A stretch of DNA of 64,000 nucleotides. It comes from Eledone cirrhosa. Taxonomy: Eukaryota. This document shows, piece after piece, positions 56,998-64,000 of the stretch; position 1 is the first letter of the stretch, and the number at the start of each line of letters is the position of its first letter. The stretch covers positions 84,196,001-84,260,000 of the forward strand of contig OZ024746.1 in the NCBI GenBank assembly GCA_964016885.1, given 5' to 3'. The notes under the pieces are model-generated. The model worked only from the letters and a program-made list of their open reading frames with translations, had not been told where the DNA came from and ran no database searches. A program made the position numbers and the translations under genes.

Positions 56998-58789
56998 TCC
57001 ATAAAGAAGAGGAGATCCATTATCTTTAATCATTAATCCCAGTCACAATAGGCAAGGGAGACAACTCCCAAATCCATGTTGAAAACTTTTAATGGGGCAT
57101 AATAGTGCTGGATTGAATTGCCCAGTTATTCTTATCATGAATTACTGCTGTTGGAGAAGACTAGATATTACTGGTGTTTAGTACCGAGTTGGTTTTGTAC
57201 AGAAATAGTATATCTTGAATTATTATAGGTGTTTCTAGAATTGTAATACGTAGTGTATCGAGAAGTGAGATAAATGTGTCTAGAATGTTTTTCTATCGAT
57301 ATTTAGTATCTAAAAGAATAATAAGTTTATTAGGAATATTTTTTCAGGCATGGTGTATATAATATCACTATAAGTTTATCTAGAATTATAATAGACATAT
57401 CTAGAATGTTTTCTACAGACTTAGTGTATCTCGAATTCTTAAAATACGATAAGGAATGGTGAGTTCTGACATTTCAGTTAGAATGTTTCTTCGAAGAAAA
57501 GAGAATTGTATTGGAAGGCTGTAAATTGTCGTTGCTGTTGTAGCTGTAAATTGTTGTTGCTGTTGTAGCTGTTGTTGTCGTTGCTGCTGGTTAGCTTCAA
57601 TTCTGATGTAATCATGCAGTCCTATGATCAAAGACGTTCCAGTCGTGACAATTTCGGCTTTTGGTATATTTAAAAATATAAGTTGTTGTTTGGGAGAGAT
57701 TTACAGGTCGAGCCACCACACAGAGACACTCTCGTTAGCCTGTTCTGAATGCAGATGAGAAATACTGTGTCCAATATACCGCCCTATGTGTCCTTTCTTT
57801 TTGAAATCATTCGGATATGATTTGAGGTAGATTTGCTTATTATTTCTAGCAGATCAAACGATGTCGAAGTAATTTGGTCTGGTCTTTTCCCATCTTCATA
57901 GCTGAGGGTCGGGAACCATGAACAATAGCATCAATGGTAATATTTAAGATGAGAAAAAGTGTCGCTGGTGGATTCCGAATCCTCATCCAACCCTCAATTG
58001 GGAGCTGACTATCGAGCTGTAGCTCATCCACCTTCACCATGAGATGAAGCTGTTGGTAACTTGAAAGATTGTCACTAAGGTGATTAAGGAACCCCATCTT
58101 GTTAGCCAACCATGGCTAACAAGCTCTGTCTATCCGGGTTTTTGTTTGACATACTATTGGATGGCTTTTGACTCTCCTGTATTCCTACGCCCTAAGAGAT
58201 GTTTTGATTTTCATCCCGTAGGGTGCCCAAAGATCACACACTCCTTACTAAGTAAGCTTGGCGGAGTTGCCGGTTAAGGCACCGAGGACCTAACCCCGTG
58301 ACAGATTTTATTAGGTTACATGTTCCTTATAGCACTTGAGGGTGACATGACACAGGAGGTAATTTACGTCGGCAAAATGCAATTTACTAGGTAACAAAAT
58401 GTCAAGTTTGTTAGAGTATACAAGGAGAAAAAATATAGAAAGAGTATATGAAAATGCCGTCAACTGATTGTGACGGTAGGAGACGAAATTTAAATAGTTC
58501 CGCTCCTGCCATAATCGCTTAGTCAACGCATCTCAAACACAAATTAACAAGTGAGTGAAAAATTGGTTATCAGTCTCCGATCGCTGTACAATAGAGTGGT
58601 AGTATCCAGCTCCAGTCTCCACGCCCCATGGCGAGAAACCAGTGCGACAGTAGCAATGGTAGTGTCTTGTCTAAAACCTTTCCGGACATTAAATGCCACC
58701 AGGCTATTAGACAGCGGTTAGACGCTGGTTAGAATTCGAATATATATATATATCTATCTATCTAAGGCGGGTAAAATTCCCGAGATCCA

Positions 58790-58907
58790 TGTACGAGTTC
58801 TCTCCAGCGACCTCTGTCCCTCATTATCGCTGCCATGTCCTGCATCTCCAACAGACCAGTGTCTGTCCTTAGGGCATCAACATACGTTAACCTTGGTCTT
58901 CCTCTTC

Positions 58908-58908
<1 letters not shown>
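58790..58908 (-). pseudogene. RTE-clade LINE 3' end
   Basis: RGRPRLTYVDALRTDTGLLEMQDMAAIMRDRGRWREL. Confidence 0.78.
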
Positions 58909-58995
<87 letters not shown>

Positions 58996-59034
58996 GTGTG
59001 TGTGTGTGTCTATTATGTGGATATGGATATATAA

Positions 59035-59095
<61 letters not shown>

Positions 59096-59705
59096 AGTGT
59101 ATCTGTGTGTAGATAGATAGAAGGGTAGATGTACGTGTGCGTGTATGTGTTTGTGTATGTATGTGTGTTTACATCGGTCTTTAAAAAAGTATTGTTGTTT
59201 TTGTTGTTTCCCTTTATGTGCCAACAGCTCGCTGTTCATTTGAAAAATGGGCATTGATTATATAAATACCGAACTGAAATAAATACTATGGTCGATATAA
59301 TAAATTAAAACCTTTAATGGAATTCTCCACCATGGACACAGTGCAATGACTTGTAAAAAAGAAAAAAAGTAAGCAATCCTGACTACACGCATTCATGCAC
59401 ACACGCAAACGTTAATGTTTGAATAGTTCTAACATATTTACCTCCCTTAGACACTTCGTAATTTAGTATCGTAACTATCTTATTTGTCAACAAATTGATC
59501 TATTTATTTAGCTATCAAAATTTAAATCGATCGAATGTTCTATACAAGAATTTATCTATTGATTTGAGTTATTTCTGACGTCTAATTCATCTTTCATGTT
59601 TTTTTTTTTTTTTGTAAACAATATTGTTATTGCTGGTGTATGTATGTATGTGTGTGTGTATGTATGTATGTATGTGTGTATGTGTGTGTGTGTGTGTGTG
59701 TGTGC

Positions 59706-59749
<44 letters not shown>

Positions 59750-59811
59750 ATGTGTGTGCGTGCGGATGTGTGTGTGTATATGTGCGCGGATATATGTGTA
59801 TATGTGCGCGG

Positions 59812-59876
<65 letters not shown>

Positions 59877-60205
59877 CTCTGTTCAAGCAAACTTATAATC
59901 AAAATCATCTAGTCGAGCTGAACATATCTTTTTTTAAGAATATGTAATGGGCTTTTTTAAATTGTAGGTTTTGATTCGCTGATGAATTGGCCGTTATTTG
60001 TAGCAGATTGTTTATCGACTCCTATTTAATTATCTAGAGCAGCAGGAGATCAATTCGACAGATGTGGTCAGCTGATCGAAGTGTCCACTGTTTGATTCAC
60101 GATAAAGCTCTGTGACAGTGTCGATGCCTTGTTCTGTTTAAACTGGTATTTCGGAACATTCTTTTCTCTATTAAACCACCCAGCATTTACTAGTTCGCCA
60201 TCATG

Positions 60206-60323
<118 letters not shown>

Positions 60324-60329
60324 TACACA

Positions 60330-60370
<41 letters not shown>

Positions 60371-60522
60371 ACACATCTTAAACTGCATCCAAACGAAAGC
60401 CATCTACACATACATACAAGCATACATACATACATACATATATGCATACCTGCATACATACACACATACACACATACACACACACACACACACATACATA
60501 CATACATACATACATACAAACA

Positions 60523-60748
60523 TAATGGTTTCTTATATAGGCACAAGTCCAGTAATATGGGGGGAGGGGGCGAGGAAAGTCGATTAAATCGACCCCAGTG
60601 TGTGACTGGTACTTTATTTTATCGACCCCATAAGGATGAAAGGCAAAGTTAACCTCGGCGGGATTTGAACTCAGATCATAAAGGGCCGTAACTCTATGCT
60701 GCAAAGCATGGCATCCGACCCTCTACTGATACTGTCAATCCACCGCCC
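60523..60748 (-). mobile_element. Deu/Nin-core SINE, long subfamily, full length
   Basis: Consensus match including the gtcgatttaatcgac segment. Confidence 0.9.
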
Positions 60749-60749
60749 T

Positions 60750-61452
60750 CATACATACATACGTACATACATACATACATACATACATACATACATACAT
60801 ACATACATACATACATACATACATACATACATGCATACATACATACATGCATACATACATACATACATACATACATACATACATACATACATACATACAT
60901 ACAAGCATACATACATACATACATACATACAAGCATACATACATACATACATGCATACATACATACATACATGCATACATACATACATACATACATACAT
61001 ACATACATACATACATACATACATGCATACATACATACAAGCATACATACAAGCATACATACATACATGCATACATACATACATACATGCATACATACAT
61101 ACATACATACATACATACATACATACATGCATATATACATACATACATACATGCATGCATACATACATACATACATACATGCATGCATACATACATACAT
61201 GCATACATACATACATACATACATACATACATACATACATACATACATACAAGCATACATACATACATATATGCATACATACATACACACATACATACAT
61301 ACATACATACATACATACATACATACATACATACATACATACATACAAGCATACATACATACAAGCATACATACATACATACATACATACATACATACAT
61401 ACATACATACATGCATACATACATACATACATACATACATACATACATACAT
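60750..61452. repeat. (CATA)n tetranucleotide satellite
   Basis: About 700 bp with catg/caag variants. Confidence 0.98.
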
Positions 61453-62455
61453 CATCAAGTGATGCTGGTGATTGAAGCTTTTTTTAAGTGAAGAAATCCT
61501 TGCGCTGGACAAATTCCTCTCTCTAAAGACAGGTATCAAGACAGATATCCTGTACATGTATATATGCAGTTGTTACATGCAGTTATATGCAGTTGTTAGA
61601 TGCAGAATTTTTGGAATGTTTTACATATTTTTACTGTTCCATTAATGGATTGTACTTGTAATTTCCCATGTATGGGTGTAGTACTTATTTCATCAACTCC
61701 TACTTCCCGAAAGAATGAAAGGAAAAACCGAAATCAGTTTATGTGAAGGGGTTACATACTATATCATTGGTCCGGTGACCACTGTCCTTAATTATACAAT
61801 CTAATGAGTATAACTTAATTTCTTTAAAAATCGGTATAAGATCAAAGAAATTGGTGTGAGGATACAAATTGACCAACTCCAGATTTTATAACATCGAAAA
61901 ATGAGGAAAGGTTGACCGTGGCTCTTTTTTAATGGAACGTACAGGGAAGCAACTCCGTACGACAAAGTAATTTTTCCTCGACTTTCAGCCGATTTTTTAA
62001 TCCGTTGACTTTCTACAATAACTGTGATTAATAGCATGCTTATCTATGTCTTAACGTGCACTTCAACTATCTTTTTCTTCTCTTTTTTTTTTCGACGGAG
62101 TAACTCCCCTTTGAAATATGTTATATTTGCTTATGAGCATGACAGGACAGAACGCGTCGGTAACATTTCTGGCGACAGAAACATTAACTGTCTGCATATT
62201 CGGCTGAAATGGCTAGTGTGTTAGATAATGACTTGTGTTATCCAGAAATAATGTTTATTTCTTGAGCACAAATAATTGCTTTCAAAAGTTATCTTGTACA
62301 TTTTATGTGAAAGGTGGCGGCATAGAATAGACAGATACAGTGATTAAGCATCTTACATGTCGTGTGTGTATATATAATTTCTCTGTCTGTGTTTCTGTCT
62401 TTCTTTCTGTCTCTCTTTCTGTCTGACTCTCTCTCTCTATCTCTCTCTCTCTCTC

Positions 62456-62501
<46 letters not shown>

Positions 62502-62527
62502 TCTCTCTCTACTCTTTCTCTCTCTCT

Positions 62528-62817
<290 letters not shown>

Positions 62818-62823
62818 TATATA

Positions 62824-62884
62824 TAAGCCCAGAAATAGCCGTCGAAACGGCTTGAGCTCTGCCGTCGGTGTCATACTTTTTCCT
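62824..62884 (+). mobile_element. Family B single-arm fragment (hammerhead 3' half)
   Basis: ccagaaatagccgtc GAAAC GGC ttgagctct GCC GTC ggtgtcatacttt matches the 36370 module. Confidence 0.75.
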
Positions 62885-62906
62885 ATATATATATATATAT
62901 ATATAA

Positions 62907-62997
<91 letters not shown>

Positions 62998-63319
62998 ATG
63001 CACAAAGAGCAAAATTGAAAAATGAAGACATTTTATTCTTCTGACACATGTTTACATTTTTTTTAAATTAAAATAACCAAAATAAAGATAATAAAAATAG
63101 TTAAAAACATTAAACTCCGTTGTCCATATACAAATGTTTCTATATATTACAATCTGCGCATTGACTCCAGGAATTAGATGTTAATGTACAGACAGAATAG
63201 TGGGCCCGTTGAGAAAGGAATGACTGTGGTAGGAGTTCCCTCCCTTAAATTAGCTGGTGCGGTTTCATGTGGAACAGAACGTTGGATATTTTTCAGTGTT
63301 TTCCAATTAATTTTCCGAT

Positions 63320-63383
<64 letters not shown>

Positions 63384-63418
63384 AAAATGGAACGGGAACA
63401 AAACAGAGAGGCAGTAAG

Positions 63419-63454
<36 letters not shown>

Positions 63455-64000
63455 ATACTTTGGGAGGGTCATATTATTCTATTGCCAGAAATAATAACAG
63501 AACACACTCACTGTTTTGTTGGGTTTCGCTTCTGCATCTTTTATATCTCCATAGTTAATTCATTTGGCCATCAATCTTTATCATTGACTGACCAACGGTC
63601 AAAAATACTGATATAAATATATATATATAGTCTAACAAAAACCTCGCAAAACAAATATATATATATATATATATATATACAAATAAATTATCTAGAATCG
63701 GAACCTCGGCCCACGAAATAACGAAACACAATCTTCGAAATGTGTGGCAAAGTGCTCAATAGTTTGGATAAACCAGAGCTATAACTAACGTTTAATACCA
63801 ACACACTGAGACGATGCTTAAACAATCATTCGCACAGCCGAAAATACGACCAAGAAATTTCGGTCAGACAAATAAAAATATATATGAATGAAAAATGAAA
63901 AATTTACCCGATATATAAATTTTAGTACAGCTTTAACGAAGCTTTAGTTCGCGGCCAAGCTAACGAATGCAAATTCGGTCTGTAGCTTTAGTACTCGGAT

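Overview
AT-rich, microsatellite-saturated eukaryotic non-coding DNA, most likely octopus/coleoid cephalopod (inferred from SINE types and SSR load). I found no convincing host protein-coding gene; nearly all listed ORFs are translations of (TA)n/(CA)n/(GA)n/(CATA)n/trinucleotide tracts or of SINEs. Contents: roughly 35-40 full or partial copies (counted by eye) of a tRNA-derived SINE with a Deu/Nin-like core, two other SINE-like families, a DD37D (maT) transposase relic, a mariner relic, MITEs, a non-autonomous Helitron, and RTE/LINE and Penelope (GIY-YIG) relics. The most striking signal is a set of about 15 short (50-450 bp) modules, mostly embedded in (TA)n. They are built as inverted repeat plus a unique tail and carry several sequence-unrelated type I hammerhead ribozyme folds: intact-looking at 18662, 26347/26490, 38986 and 62640; near-intact at 27338; U3-A8 core variants at 36713/36795 and 43178; and half-ribozymes at 19215, 36370, 39280 and 62824. 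These look like Penelope-like terminal-repeat (pLTR) or retrozyme-like non-autonomous retroelements. All folds were derived by hand and none has been tested; most boundaries are approximate.
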